From positions 15,944 through 79,943 of the forward strand of contig JAPLXP010000014.1 in NCBI GenBank assembly GCA_026396015.1: a stretch of DNA of 64,000 nucleotides. Reading direction: 5' to 3'. The position numbers and the translations under genes are program-made. The notes below the pieces were generated by a model. It had not been told where the DNA came from and ran no database searches. It saw only the letters and a program-made list of their open reading frames with translations. This DNA comes from Candidatus Nomurabacteria bacterium (GTDB lineage Bacteria; Patescibacteriota; Minisyncoccia; Phycocordibacterales; UBA9973). This document shows, piece by piece, positions 39,695 through 49,942 of the stretch (position 1 is its first letter; the number at the start of each line of letters is the position of its first letter).

Positions 39695-40378
39695 TTATTT
39701 TTGTAAGTATGCGAGCCAGTAGTCTCTCTTGTATATCCGTCCATCAACTGTCGGATATGACGTCTTCTTTTCTAATGACAAAATTTTAAAATACTGACCA
39801 TACATTTTTATGAAATCCTCTCGAGAAAATACACGCTCGTATAAATCTAAATCTCGCATATAGTATGTATCGTATTCACGACCCGGGCTATCCTTCAATA
39901 AATTTTTTACATTTTTATTGCCATCTTTGCAAAGTGCGCGAACAAAGAAATATCCCCCACTTTTTAATACACGTGAGGTTTCTGATAAATATATTGCACG
40001 TCCTTTTTCATCTAGTGCATTTGAGCTGGTTATATCAAGAACGACATCAATAGATTCATCTGGTATATCATAATGCTCACCAATGTCACCCAGCCTATAA
40101 TCCACTTTTACACCAATGCCTATCGCACGTTCTTTTGCGAGAGTGAGGGCAGTTTTAGATATCTCAATACCTATCACACTGTTCCCCTCTTCTGCTAAAT
40201 AGTTCGCATTACGACCAGTCCCACACCCGAGATCTAAAATATTTTTCCCATCCAATTTATATTTCTGATCCTTTTTAAGAAACTTCAAGAATCGTAAAGT
40301 GTCCGCCTGAGGACCATCCGCCTTGGTTACTAGTTTTGAATTCTGATATTCTTTTTCCCATGCACGACCCTGATTCAT
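39695..40378 (-). CDS. class I SAM-dependent methyltransferase
   Basis: ILDLGCGTGRNANYLAEEG motif I and downstream motifs. Confidence 0.75.
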   Translation of the reverse strand: MNQGRAWEKEYQNSKLVTKADGPQADTLRFLKFLKKDQKYKLDGKNILDLGCGTGRNANYLAEEGNSVIGIEISKTALTLAKERAIGIGVKVDYRLGDIGEHYDIPDESIDVVLDITSSNALDEKGRAIYLSETSRVLKSGGYFFVRALCKDGNKNVKNLLKDSPGREYDTYYMRDLDLYERVFSREDFIKMYGQYFKILSLEKKTSYPTVDGRIYKRDYWLAYLQK

Positions 40379-40382
40379 AAAA

Positions 40383-41633
40383 TTATATTTTGGTTATATC
40401 TCTAGAGAAAAATAGATTCATAGTCCAATCAAATGCAACTTTGATTTTTTTGAATGGTGATATGAATTTGAATAGATATACTGTTCTCCACATGAACCAT
40501 GCTATAGCACCCGTAACAGGCACACCGAAAACATTGGCTAACCCCTCGAATCTGCCGAGTGACGCCATCTCTCCTTTTGATTCAAACTTGAATGGAATTA
40601 GGTCATATCCATTCATAAAGTTGTGCACGTTTTGAGCTACATGAGGGCCCTGCTGTGTAGCAACTTGAGCAGTCATAGGTAGTGGTAAACTATTTTCATT
40701 CTCTTTGATAAATGACACGTCGCCAATCACAAAAATTTCTGGATTATCTGCTATGTGCAGATTTTTATCTACAAATATTCTTCCACCTTTATCCATAGGT
40801 AAAATATTTGCAAACATTTCAGTATTTGGCTTTACTCCAGCTGTCCATACTGTATATGATGAATGTATTTTAGTATCGTCAGAAAATACGACTTCGTCTG
40901 CGTGAACCTCCTTTACTCCAGTATTCAGATATACTTTTATTTTTTTGTCTTGCAGTACAGTGAGGGCCTTGCCACGTAGCTTTACTGGAAAAGGTGCCAG
41001 AAGTTCTGGCCCACGATTCACTAGTGATACAGATATATCATCACAAGAAATAGAATCCTTGTAATAATCCATAAGAGTATTGTGTATAAATTCTGCCATT
41101 TCAGCTGCGAGCTCTACGCCAGTAGGACCCCCTCCGACAACCACAAATGATAGCGCTTTCTTGCGATCTTCATCTACTTTGAGTACTGATGCCTTTTGAA
41201 ATGCATCGATAATACTACCACGCATCTTTACTGCATCACTCAAATCTTTTAATGCCAATGAATGTTCCTCTGCCCCTGGTGTACCAAAATAATTTGTAGA
41301 TGCACCCAATGCGACAATAAGAATATCGTATGATAATTTTTCAAGACTAGTAGTAACAATCTTATTTTCTTTGTCGAGTGACAACACATCCGCTATATGT
41401 ATCACATCACCATTGCGAGATAGGAAATGCTGGATAGACTCTACGACAGAATTCTCAGACAACCCACCTGTAGCCACCTCGTGTAGTAGTGGAGTAAATA
41501 AAAAGTAATTTGTCTTATTTACAATAGTCACATCTATTTCGTTTTTATTGAAATGTCTATATAGAGATCTATATGCGTACAATCCCCCAAACCCAGCTCC
41601 GAGTATTAGAATTTTCTTTTTTGTTTTTATCAT
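40383..41633 (-). CDS. type II NADH dehydrogenase-like FAD/NAD(P) oxidoreductase
   Basis: ILILGAGFGGLY and VVVGGGPTGVELAAE dinucleotide-binding motifs. Confidence 0.8.
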   Translation of the reverse strand: MIKTKKKILILGAGFGGLYAYRSLYRHFNKNEIDVTIVNKTNYFLFTPLLHEVATGGLSENSVVESIQHFLSRNGDVIHIADVLSLDKENKIVTTSLEKLSYDILIVALGASTNYFGTPGAEEHSLALKDLSDAVKMRGSIIDAFQKASVLKVDEDRKKALSFVVVGGGPTGVELAAEMAEFIHNTLMDYYKDSISCDDISVSLVNRGPELLAPFPVKLRGKALTVLQDKKIKVYLNTGVKEVHADEVVFSDDTKIHSSYTVWTAGVKPNTEMFANILPMDKGGRIFVDKNLHIADNPEIFVIGDVSFIKENENSLPLPMTAQVATQQGPHVAQNVHNFMNGYDLIPFKFESKGEMASLGRFEGLANVFGVPVTGAIAWFMWRTVYLFKFISPFKKIKVAFDWTMNLFFSRDITKI

Positions 41634-42352
41634 TTAATAATTTTTATTTTGATAATAGTACCACCATCACTCGACATTTTTATCATAACTTTATCCCCTA
41701 CTCTAAGCTCTTCTTTTAAGAATTTTTTATCTATTTTAAAAGTCTTTATTCCGTCAGTCTTGTCTACAGCCGAAAAATCGATTACATCAGTAGATTCATT
41801 CACTTGAGACAATTTACCGATATATACGGAATTAGATTTAATGGCACTTCGTGCTTTCAAGCGCTGTGAATTTCTGATTGGTACATTGTTTACGTACGTA
41901 CTCTTTATCGATTGCATACTATTTCTAATAGCAAAAAAATTCTCTGCCAATTCAGCCATTCCCAAACCCAAGACAACAGCGACCAGTACACTCAGAGCAA
42001 AAATCTTATTTCTGTCTTTTACACCGGGAAGGTCAAATTTTCGATAAATAAATATAAATACGAATACTAGACATATAGCAACCACAAGGTATTCATATAA
42101 AAAATGTTGCGGGCCATATACACTCTGATTCAAGAAATTTTCAACACTTCTCTTTTCAAAAAAATCAAAGATAAACATTGCTATTAAAAACACTGCCCCC
42201 AATATCAGGGTAGCACATATAGACAACACTCCGATTTGAGTACCACGAACAACCCAAGAAGGTATTGGTTTTTTATCTTTTATGTTTTCTTTTATCTTTA
42301 AAAGAATTTTCTGCTTATTATTATTCATAATTAATTCCTTTTTCTGAAGCAT
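41630..42352 (-). CDS. membrane protein, possible anti-sigma factor partner of the upstream ECF sigma
   Basis: Overlaps the 3' end of the sigma gene. Three TM helices and a small C-terminal domain. Assignment by position only. Confidence 0.4.
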   Translation of the reverse strand: MLQKKELIMNNNKQKILLKIKENIKDKKPIPSWVVRGTQIGVLSICATLILGAVFLIAMFIFDFFEKRSVENFLNQSVYGPQHFLYEYLVVAICLVFVFIFIYRKFDLPGVKDRNKIFALSVLVAVVLGLGMAELAENFFAIRNSMQSIKSTYVNNVPIRNSQRLKARSAIKSNSVYIGKLSQVNESTDVIDFSAVDKTDGIKTFKIDKKFLKEELRVGDKVMIKMSSDGGTIIKIKIIK

Positions 42353-42875
42353 ATTTTTTAATTTTACTCTTCGCTCTTTTTATTTTGACAGTTATAGTAT
42401 TCTCTTTTATTTTATACAAATCAGATATTTCTTTTACAGACAGACCTTCAATATAAAACAGGGCTAGAATACTGCGCTCTTCTTCATCTACAAACTCCAA
42501 AAATTTTTCAACCATCATTTTGTCAGATAAATCCAAAGGTGCATCCTCAAAATGATCTTGATTATTTTCTAGATATGAATCGAGCGACACATTTGGATGC
42601 CTCATCTTTGGGCGAAGATGGTCAATAACTGTATTACGTGCAATACGATAAATCCATGCAGAAAAAGGAATAGATGGTGAATATGAATTTATAAATCTAT
42701 AAGCTTTATAAAAAGTCTCCGAAGTTGAGTCTTCTGCGTCGTCAGTATTACCTAGGTGCATTTTTGTAGTGTAGCGAAAGATTTTATCAAAGTATCTTTC
42801 AGTTACTTCATTAAAAAGCTCAGTATTCCCTTTCTGTATTTCTATTACTAGATCTTCATCTGTCATAAGACCCAT
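42321..42875 (-). CDS. ECF-type RNA polymerase sigma factor (sigma-70 regions 2 and 4)
   Basis: Region 2 FYKAYRFINSY...FSAWIYRIARNTVIDHLR. Region 4 LALFYIEGLSVKEISDLYKIKENTITVKIKRAKSKI. Confidence 0.85.
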   Translation of the reverse strand: MGLMTDEDLVIEIQKGNTELFNEVTERYFDKIFRYTTKMHLGNTDDAEDSTSETFYKAYRFINSYSPSIPFSAWIYRIARNTVIDHLRPKMRHPNVSLDSYLENNQDHFEDAPLDLSDKMMVEKFLEFVDEEERSILALFYIEGLSVKEISDLYKIKENTITVKIKRAKSKIKKYASEKGINYE

Positions 42876-42935
42876 AATAGCACAAACCCCACATTGAAAA
42901 AATGCGGGGTTTGTTGCTTCTAATTAAATAGAGTA

Positions 42936-43319
42936 TTAGTTAGCTTTTGGAGCAGCAGTGCCTGCTTTGTTTGCATCCTTCTTTGCTTTCATTTCTGCCT
43001 TAGCAGCTTCACGCTTTGCATTTGCATCTGCCTTTGCAGCATCAATTTTTGACTTTGCTTCTGCTTTTGCAGCATCTTTCTTTGCTTTTGCATCTGCCTT
43101 TGCAGCATCTTTCTTTGCTTTGATTTCTGCTTTTGTAGCTTCTTTCTTTGCTTTAGCATCTACTTTAATTGAAGCTTTTTCTGTACTACCTGCATTCGCT
43201 GTATTTACTCCAGCAGCTGGAGTAGCTACTTCTGCAGCAAATACTGGAGATGCTACAACTGCTAATAGCATAAGACCCATAGAACCACTAACCAATGCTT
43301 TTTTGAAATTATTTTTCAT
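42936..43319 (-). CDS. secreted Lys/Ala-rich tandem-repeat protein
   Basis: Signal peptide MKNNFKKALVSGSMGLMLLAVVASPVFA, then KAKKDAAKA(D/E)AK repeats, seen in the DNA as ~33-bp tandem repeats. Confidence 0.5.
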   Translation of the reverse strand: MKNNFKKALVSGSMGLMLLAVVASPVFAAEVATPAAGVNTANAGSTEKASIKVDAKAKKEATKAEIKAKKDAAKADAKAKKDAAKAEAKSKIDAAKADANAKREAAKAEMKAKKDANKAGTAAPKAN

Positions 43320-43407
43320 ATATATAATTGTTATTTTTTAATAATAAAAAGGCTTATTGTTGCCCTCTATATATTACTACGTTTGAAACTAGTAAAATAT
43401 GACAATA

Positions 43408-44124
43408 CTATCGAACAAAACAATCTGTATCTTTTGGCAAATATTTTTGTAATGCAAAATGAGGCATGTCCCCTGATATATAATGACATAGACCAGATTC
43501 GTTTGCTACTCTTATCCAGTCTCTATATTCAACAGAATCAACAGGGGGCACAATATCTACAGCAATACCTAATGAATGGTCTGAATCACAAGAAGGCGGA
43601 GTATGACCTTTTATAAAACCATGAATACTAGCCTCTCTAATCAATCGAGATTTTTGAGTACTATTTAATTCACTAATCTTTGAAATATCAATGTGTGTTT
43701 TATATTTACAATTATGACCCTCAGTAAAACTCTTGTCATTTACATATCTCCATATCTCCCACACTGAACGAATATGCTCACCATACAATGCGGGCCTATA
43801 TACTTGCAATATATTTAACTTCTTACCCCACTTATCCTCAAACAATTTTACTGCTTGATGTAACTCTGGCTTTGCATTATCCCAATCTAGAAACGGGTAT
43901 GGATCTTCACCTACCCATTTCTTTAATTCTGGAATTTCTTTTTCGGAAACTTCAATGGGAAGAACATCTTGCTTATCTTCTATCTTAGATATTTTTACGA
44001 CAGAGACTACGGGAACTTGCTTTGTATTATTAGAATCCAGATTCAAAAAAATAAATAAAATGAGCAGAATAAATCCCAACATCAAGATAACAATTTTTAT
44101 ATTTAAAGTTTTAATTTTAAGCAT
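43408..44124 (-). CDS. membrane-anchored peptidase M15-like (D-Ala-D-Ala carboxypeptidase / CwlK-like) protein
   Basis: N-terminal TM anchor. SCDSDHSLGIAVDI resembles the M15 zinc motif H-x(n)-G-x-A-x-D. A His follows later (GDMPHF). Confidence 0.55.
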   Translation of the reverse strand: MLKIKTLNIKIVILMLGFILLILFIFLNLDSNNTKQVPVVSVVKISKIEDKQDVLPIEVSEKEIPELKKWVGEDPYPFLDWDNAKPELHQAVKLFEDKWGKKLNILQVYRPALYGEHIRSVWEIWRYVNDKSFTEGHNCKYKTHIDISKISELNSTQKSRLIREASIHGFIKGHTPPSCDSDHSLGIAVDIVPPVDSVEYRDWIRVANESGLCHYISGDMPHFALQKYLPKDTDCFVR

Positions 44125-44160
44125 TTTATTTTCGCGGGGAATTCCGATTTCGTTTTATTG

Positions 44161-44247
44161 CGGAGAGAGAGGGATTTGAACCCTCGAAGGCTTTAACACC
44201 TTGCTACCTTTCCAAGGTAGTCGTTTCAACCACTCACGCACCTCTCC
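44161..44247 (-). tRNA. tRNA-Ser (anticodon GGA), type II with long variable arm
   Basis: Reverse complement GGAGAGGTGCGTGAGTGGTTGAAACGACTACCTTGGAAAGGTAGCAAGGTGTTAAAGCCTTCGAGGGTTCAAATCCCTCTCTCTCCG folds with a 7-bp acceptor stem, anticodon stem CTACC/GGTAG with loop TTGGAAA, long variable arm, and T-arm GAGGGTTCAAATCCCTC. Confidence 0.85.
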
Positions 44248-44369
44248 ATATCCTAAATACGCCTGCCCGAAGGCAGGCATATTTAAGTGTTGTGGGCATT
44301 TATAAATAAGAGCCCACATGTAAAGAACATCCAGAGAGTATATTACTACTTTTACACACGAAACACAAA

Positions 44370-45257
44370 CTACATTTCTCTCAAAATCTTGATTCTGTCT
44401 TCTAGTGGTGGATGAGTAGAAAATAGATTTCCTATCTTCTTTGCTTTGTCGCCAGCACCAAATGGATTGGAAATATATAGATGTGCAATGGCTGTAGACT
44501 GATGATTCATGGGAGCACTATATTTCTCCAACTTTTCTAAAGCAGAGGCTAGACCTTCTGGATAGCGAGTCAGTAATGCACCAGATGCATCGGCTAGATA
44601 CTCACGCTTACGAGAGATTGCGAGCTGTATGAGTGTAGCCATAATAGGAGCTAGAATTGCTAGTACTACGCCGAGGATCATGAATAGCATATTACCCTCT
44701 CTATCATCGCGCCTATTACCAAATAGGGTCATACGTATAATCATGTCTGAAATAATAGATATAAATCCTACTAGAACCACAGCCACAGTCGATACGAGCA
44801 TATCCCTATTTCCAATGTGGCTCATCTCGTGAGCCATCACCCCTTCGAGCTCTTGCTTGTTCATGATTGCGAGGAGTCCAGTCGTCGCAGCGACTACTGA
44901 ATGATCCTTGTCGCGGCCAGTAGCGAATGCATTTGGCGCCGAATCCTCTATCACATAAATTTTTGGTATTGGTAATCCTGCAGTGATAGATAGATTCTCC
45001 ACAGTCGTATACAAATCAAAATATTGCTCACGTGTAGCAGGATGTGCACCTGCGATAGCGAGTGCAATCTTGTCTGAATACCAATAGCCGATAATATTCA
45101 TCACGATACTAAATACAACAAAAATATAAAGAATATTTGGATTGCCATATAGCTGGGAAATAAAAAATCCGAGTCCTATGACAATGATCAAAAAACCACT
45201 CATGAGCAGCCATGTCTTTTCTACGTTCTTTGTTTGTTGAGTATATAGTGTTGCCAT
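44370..45257 (-). CDS. htpX: protease HtpX (M48 zinc metalloprotease)
   Basis: HEMSHIGNRD HExxH motif with four TM segments. Confidence 0.88.
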   Translation of the reverse strand: MATLYTQQTKNVEKTWLLMSGFLIIVIGLGFFISQLYGNPNILYIFVVFSIVMNIIGYWYSDKIALAIAGAHPATREQYFDLYTTVENLSITAGLPIPKIYVIEDSAPNAFATGRDKDHSVVAATTGLLAIMNKQELEGVMAHEMSHIGNRDMLVSTVAVVLVGFISIISDMIIRMTLFGNRRDDREGNMLFMILGVVLAILAPIMATLIQLAISRKREYLADASGALLTRYPEGLASALEKLEKYSAPMNHQSTAIAHLYISNPFGAGDKAKKIGNLFSTHPPLEDRIKILREM

Positions 45258-45264
45258 TTTTTAC

Positions 45265-46017
45265 TTAGATAACATTATCCCCTTTTATCATCTTCATTGC
45301 CTCTTGAACTGTAGTCATAAATTGCGCAGGAAAAATAATTGTAGAATTCTTTTCTACACTAATCTCTGCCATAGTCTGCAATGTGCGGAGTTGTAGTGCT
45401 ACAGGATGTGCAGTCATGATATCTGCTGCTTCTCCAAGCTTTTGTGCAGCTTGCATTTCACCTTCTGCTGCTACGATCTTTGCACGGCGTTCACGCTCTG
45501 CCTCGGCCTCCTTTGCCATAGCACGCTGCATGTTCTCTGGTAGCGAGATATCTTTGATCTCAACTGCAGAGACCTCTACTCCCCATGGCTCTGTATGTGC
45601 ATCGATCACATTCTTGATCTGATTGTTTATCTCACCTGTCTGAGAAAGTAGCTGGTCTAGCTGGAATTGCCCTACTACATTACGCACTGTAGTCTGACTG
45701 ATTTGATTTACTGCTTTGTATACATCCTCGATACTTACCACTGCCTTCATCGGATCTACTACATGATAATAGGCTACAGCTGCGATATCTATAGATACAT
45801 TATCTTTTGTAATAATTTTTTGTGATGGAATCTCCATAGTCACCGTGCGGAGCTGCACTCTAGTCATCTGTTCAAAAACTGGGATGACTAGTATCAATCC
45901 TGGACCACGAATACCTGCAGATTTACCGAGAAACAATATGACTCCTCTCTCATACTCCTTTACCACCCGGATAGAAGCGATGAGTAATAAAACAATAACA
46001 GCGATAATTATGTACAT
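45265..46017 (-). CDS. SPFH/band-7 (stomatin/prohibitin-like) membrane protein
   Basis: N-terminal TM, band-7 core and C-terminal coiled coil EAEAERERRAKIVAAEGE. Confidence 0.85.
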   Translation of the reverse strand: MYIIIAVIVLLLIASIRVVKEYERGVILFLGKSAGIRGPGLILVIPVFEQMTRVQLRTVTMEIPSQKIITKDNVSIDIAAVAYYHVVDPMKAVVSIEDVYKAVNQISQTTVRNVVGQFQLDQLLSQTGEINNQIKNVIDAHTEPWGVEVSAVEIKDISLPENMQRAMAKEAEAERERRAKIVAAEGEMQAAQKLGEAADIMTAHPVALQLRTLQTMAEISVEKNSTIIFPAQFMTTVQEAMKMIKGDNVI

Positions 46018-46035
46018 ATATAATATATTAATTTA

Positions 46036-46344
46036 TTAATTCTTATTTGGAGTGTAGTAATCTGAGATATCATCTACCGATACAGTGACACCATATTCAA
46101 AACTAGGATTCTCTTCATTTTTAGACGAAATATTCAGAGTTAAGGCATCAGAATTTTTTTCTGATACAGAATAAATCTCTCCTTTATACATAGCTGTGTC
46201 ACCGATCTTTATATCGTCAAATTTAACTTTTCGTGCTTTTTCTATGTCAGATTGTTTTTTATTATTCTCTTCTAAAACTTTTTTATCCCAAGCTTCATTA
46301 TCTTTCTTTGCATTATCTCCTGATGAAAATTTAAAGGACTCCAT
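46036..46344 (-). CDS. hypothetical acidic protein
   Basis: 102-aa ORF. No assignable domain. Confidence 0.35.
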   Translation of the reverse strand: MESFKFSSGDNAKKDNEAWDKKVLEENNKKQSDIEKARKVKFDDIKIGDTAMYKGEIYSVSEKNSDALTLNISSKNEENPSFEYGVTVSVDDISDYYTPNKN

Positions 46345-46349
46345 AAGAT

Positions 46350-46904
46350 TTAGAATTTAACTTCTACTGGATTCTTTTCTACACTATCAGCCTCGAGCTG
46401 AAAGAAGTCCATCTTTGTAAATGAGAACATTGATGCGATCACATTGCCTGGGAACATTTGTATTCCAGTGTTGAAATCACGAACATTGCCATTGTAAAAA
46501 CGACGAGCTGCTTGTATTTTGTTTTCTGTATCTGAAAGTTCTTTTTGGAGTTCGATAAAGTTTGTATTTGCTTTGAGCTCTGGATAAGCTTCAGATATTG
46601 CGATGATAGATTTTAGAGTTCCTGATAGCATATTCTCTGCTGCACCCTTTTCCTCAGCTTTCGCACCCATAGCAGCTGAACGAGCCTCTGTCACCTTTTC
46701 AAATACTGCAGATTCATGAGTAGCATAACCTTTTACTGTATTCACAATATTTGGTATCAAATCATAGCGACGCTTTAGCTGTACATCGATATCTGCCCAT
46801 GCCTCGGTAGCACGATTTTTCAACGTGACAAAACCATTGTATTTAATAATAAAAAACAAAACGACTAGACCCAAAACCACTAAAATAATTAAAGTTGTAC
46901 TCAT
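46350..46904 (-). CDS. lemA: LemA family protein
   Basis: N-terminal TM, then ...NGFVTLKNRATEAWADIDVQLKRRYDLIPN LemA signature. Confidence 0.85.
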   Translation of the reverse strand: MSTTLIILVVLGLVVLFFIIKYNGFVTLKNRATEAWADIDVQLKRRYDLIPNIVNTVKGYATHESAVFEKVTEARSAAMGAKAEEKGAAENMLSGTLKSIIAISEAYPELKANTNFIELQKELSDTENKIQAARRFYNGNVRDFNTGIQMFPGNVIASMFSFTKMDFFQLEADSVEKNPVEVKF

Positions 46905-46935
46905 AAAAATAAGGTTAAATAATAAATCACTTATA

Positions 46936-46968
46936 AGTCTATTATACCAAAAAACTCCCCATTTTACG
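46936..46968 (-). terminator. intrinsic terminator downstream of secF
   Basis: aaaaactccccattttacgagggagttttttg. 10-bp stem plus U-run. Confidence 0.7.
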
Positions 46969-47006
46969 AGGGAGTTTTTTGATGTAGAAAATCTACAATT
47001 TATGAG

Positions 47007-47876
47007 CTACTTCTTCTTGTTTACCATCACTAGTAGTGGACTTGCAAGGAAGATTGATGAATATGTTCCAAAGAACATTCCAGCAGTTAGCATCATAGCA
47101 AATACCTTTGTAGTAGATGGACCCCAGAATACCAATGCGAGCAATACTACGATAACTGTGAATGATGTAGCTATTGAGCGAGTGTAAACTTGAGTCAGAC
47201 TGTTCCCTACTGTCTCTTCAAAAGTCTTGAAATGTCCCATGCGAATATTCTCACGGATACGGTCGAATACTACGATAGTATCTGACACAGATAGACCCAA
47301 TACTGTCAGCACTGCCACTACGAATAGTGTATCCACCTCTACTCCATAAGTATGAGATAGGAATGCAAATACTCCGACTGGAATCATTATATCGTGGATC
47401 AATGTAGCGATAGCTATCAAACCGTATTTCCAAGAAGAAACAGGCTTTGAGACTTTACGGAAAGAGAAAGCGATAAAGAAGATAATTCCGAGTGATACAA
47501 AGATAAATGAGAACAATGCCTTACGAGCGAGCTCGGTACCCACAGATGGACCAATAGAAGTAAATGTCTTTTCTGTAGATCCAGATAGAGACATCAACAA
47601 TGCCTGGTGTTCTGCTTCTGTAAGATTCTTTGTCTTGATACTATATCCGTCTGTACCCGTTGGCTGAATTAGAGCTTCACCAATATTTAATTTACTGATT
47701 GATTCTGAAACTAATACTTGTTCTGGGCGAGCTCCTACATATGATACTTCTAGCAATGAACCTCCCTTGAAATCAATACCCATATTCAAACCAAAGTATG
47801 AAATAGAAGCGATTGAAATCAACACGAGTAATGCAGAGATTGCAACGAAAACTTTTTTGTATTTAATGATAAACAT
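47007..47876 (-). CDS. secF: protein-export membrane protein SecF
   Basis: GIDFKGGSLLEVSY and downstream TM bundle. The internal Met MFIIKYKK was chosen as start so the gene does not overlap secD. Confidence 0.88.
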   Translation of the reverse strand: MFIIKYKKVFVAISALLVLISIASISYFGLNMGIDFKGGSLLEVSYVGARPEQVLVSESISKLNIGEALIQPTGTDGYSIKTKNLTEAEHQALLMSLSGSTEKTFTSIGPSVGTELARKALFSFIFVSLGIIFFIAFSFRKVSKPVSSWKYGLIAIATLIHDIMIPVGVFAFLSHTYGVEVDTLFVVAVLTVLGLSVSDTIVVFDRIRENIRMGHFKTFEETVGNSLTQVYTRSIATSFTVIVVLLALVFWGPSTTKVFAMMLTAGMFFGTYSSIFLASPLLVMVNKKK

Positions 47877-47880
47877 ATAA

Positions 47881-49263
47881 TTATTTGTGAGAAGAAGCAT
47901 TAGTAAAACCCGACCCAAAAAGGAAACTGATAAGCTTTGTATGCTTTGTAATATTTAGAGAGTACAGGAACAATCTTGTGATTGTAATCGCAGAGAACAT
48001 TGATACGATAACTCCAAGGAAGAATGTGAGAGCGAACCCTTGGATAAGTGGTGTACCGAATGCGTACAATATACATGCAGTCAAAAGACTTGAGATGTTT
48101 GAATCACGGATAGACAACCATGCACGAGAGAATCCATTGCGGATTGCTTCTGCTACATTGCGTCCAGTACCTAGCTCTTCTTTGATACGTTCAAAGATCA
48201 GAACATTGGCATCCACAGCAATACCGATAGAGATAATAAATCCAGCGATACCAGCAGCAGTAAGAGTCACAGGGATCAATTTGAATATAGCAAGGATTGT
48301 TACTGTATAGATTGATAGTGCCAATACTGCGAGTAATCCTGGGAGTCTGTACCAAAAGATAAGGAATATTGCGATAGCAAGGAATCCAATCAATGCAGCT
48401 TTTACTCCAGCAGCAGTAGCTGTACTACCAAGTGACGGACCGATTGTCTCAGTACCAATATGCTCAATAGGTACAGGAAGTGCACCAGAATTTAGACGTC
48501 CTACTAGAGTCTTTGCCTCTGCAGGTGTAAAGTTTCCAGAGATCTGTGCTACTCCACCAGTGATAGCCTCACGTACAACCGGAGCTGATATAGGTGCACC
48601 ATCTAGGTAGATAGCTACAGTCTTACCAACATTTTCTCTTGTAATTTTTTCAAATAATTTTGAACCTTCATCATTGAATTTAAGTGAAACTTTTGGTTCA
48701 CCAGTATTTTGATCAAATTCCAAAGTTGCCTTTGAGAGGTAGCGACCAGTTAGTTCTGTACTTACGTACTGTGAATCAATACTCAAGTTAACCTTTCCAT
48801 CTTTTCCTACAGTAGCAGTCTGAGGTGCATTCTTGTTTGGATTTTCAGTTTTGAATTCAAGCAATGGTGTCTGACCGATCATAGACACTGCCTTTGATAC
48901 ATCAGTCACACCAGGAAGATCAATGATAAGACGATTTTCGCCACCATTTGAAAATCCACTATTCTGGACTGTGATGACTGGTTCTGCTACTCCAAATAAG
49001 TTGATACGTCTTTCAATAACATCACGAAGAGCACTCATAGATTCTGCGACTTGATCAGATTTTATTTTTGAGACATCTGCGCGATAAATAAGATGACTAC
49101 CACCAGAAAGATCAAGACCCAATTTAAATGGGAATTTAGCTACACCGTGTGCAGTATCAGTCTTTGCAAGCTTTTGATGTGCTAGCTCTGACTTGTAAAC
49201 AAAAAAACCTATACCAAAACCGATAATAAGGATTAATAATGCTGTAATTCTCGTTTTCCACAT
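47881..49263 (-). CDS. secD: protein-export membrane protein SecD
   Basis: LGLDLSGGSHLIYRAD periplasmic domain start and C-terminal 6-TM bundle. Confidence 0.9.
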   Translation of the reverse strand: MWKTRITALLILIIGFGIGFFVYKSELAHQKLAKTDTAHGVAKFPFKLGLDLSGGSHLIYRADVSKIKSDQVAESMSALRDVIERRINLFGVAEPVITVQNSGFSNGGENRLIIDLPGVTDVSKAVSMIGQTPLLEFKTENPNKNAPQTATVGKDGKVNLSIDSQYVSTELTGRYLSKATLEFDQNTGEPKVSLKFNDEGSKLFEKITRENVGKTVAIYLDGAPISAPVVREAITGGVAQISGNFTPAEAKTLVGRLNSGALPVPIEHIGTETIGPSLGSTATAAGVKAALIGFLAIAIFLIFWYRLPGLLAVLALSIYTVTILAIFKLIPVTLTAAGIAGFIISIGIAVDANVLIFERIKEELGTGRNVAEAIRNGFSRAWLSIRDSNISSLLTACILYAFGTPLIQGFALTFFLGVIVSMFSAITITRLFLYSLNITKHTKLISFLFGSGFTNASSHK

Positions 49264-49413
49264 AATAGGGTTATTTTATAGGGTTTTAGCTAAAAAAGCA
49301 ACTTATCAGTGTGTTTTATTATATTAATCAAAGATATCACTTCACACTAAAATTTAGTGATTTTTAAAGGGAAAAGAACTATAAAACCCTTGTTTTTAAA
49401 GCTATTTTATATA

Positions 49414-49447
49414 CTTGACAATATGCTCATATATGTGGTATACTATA
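49414..49447 (+). promoter_or_regulatory. near-consensus sigma-70 promoter (TTGACA-17/18-TGgTATACT)
   Basis: tacTTGACAatatgctcatatatgTGgTATACTat, ~110 nt upstream of the 49563 ORF. Confidence 0.5.
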
Positions 49448-49562
49448 TATAAGTTCATTTATGGGTTTGGTTTTAATCCCTAATTGCAAGGCTCTCATAG
49501 TAACTATAAAATAGTTCTTATGAAAACCTTGTAATGTAGCATGGTTTTAAAAACAAAGAAAA

Positions 49563-49853
49563 ATGAAAAAGTTATTTGAATTAATTAAAATAAATGTAAG
49601 GTATTTTTTACATTTTAGTTACGAATTAATTGTATGGTTAAAACATTATAGCCTTATAATTTTAGTATTTGTAGCTTGTGTAGTGGGATTGCTCTTGAGT
49701 TACCAAGAAGTTTTTATGGGAATTCACAGATTCCCTGATTACTTTAATAGAGTGAGCTCTCTTGGGGCTTCTGCTATCTACCTAGGGTCACTTGCATTGT
49801 TATTCTATTCAATTCTATCCGCTATTAATTATAGAGGTTGGAAGAAAATTTAA
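49563..49853 (+). CDS. hypothetical small membrane protein
   Basis: 96-aa ORF with two hydrophobic helices. Followed by a hairpin plus T-run at ~49867-49900. Confidence 0.4.
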   Translation: MKKLFELIKINVRYFLHFSYELIVWLKHYSLIILVFVACVVGLLLSYQEVFMGIHRFPDYFNRVSSLGASAIYLGSLALLFYSILSAINYRGWKKI

Positions 49854-49942
49854 TTTTAAAAAGAACAAAAAAAAGATTAAACGTCACTAAGTGGCGTTTA
49901 TTTTTTATTCACCCAACAACTATCCATAAGTCCGACTTATGG

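Noticed and set aside
42958-43341. 127-aa + strand ORF (A/F/S-rich) and possible CRISPR-like periodicity
   Set aside because: Antisense of the K/A-repeat secreted protein gene. The ~33-bp periodicity is coding tandem repeats, not repeat-spacer architecture. No CRISPR array anywhere in the window.
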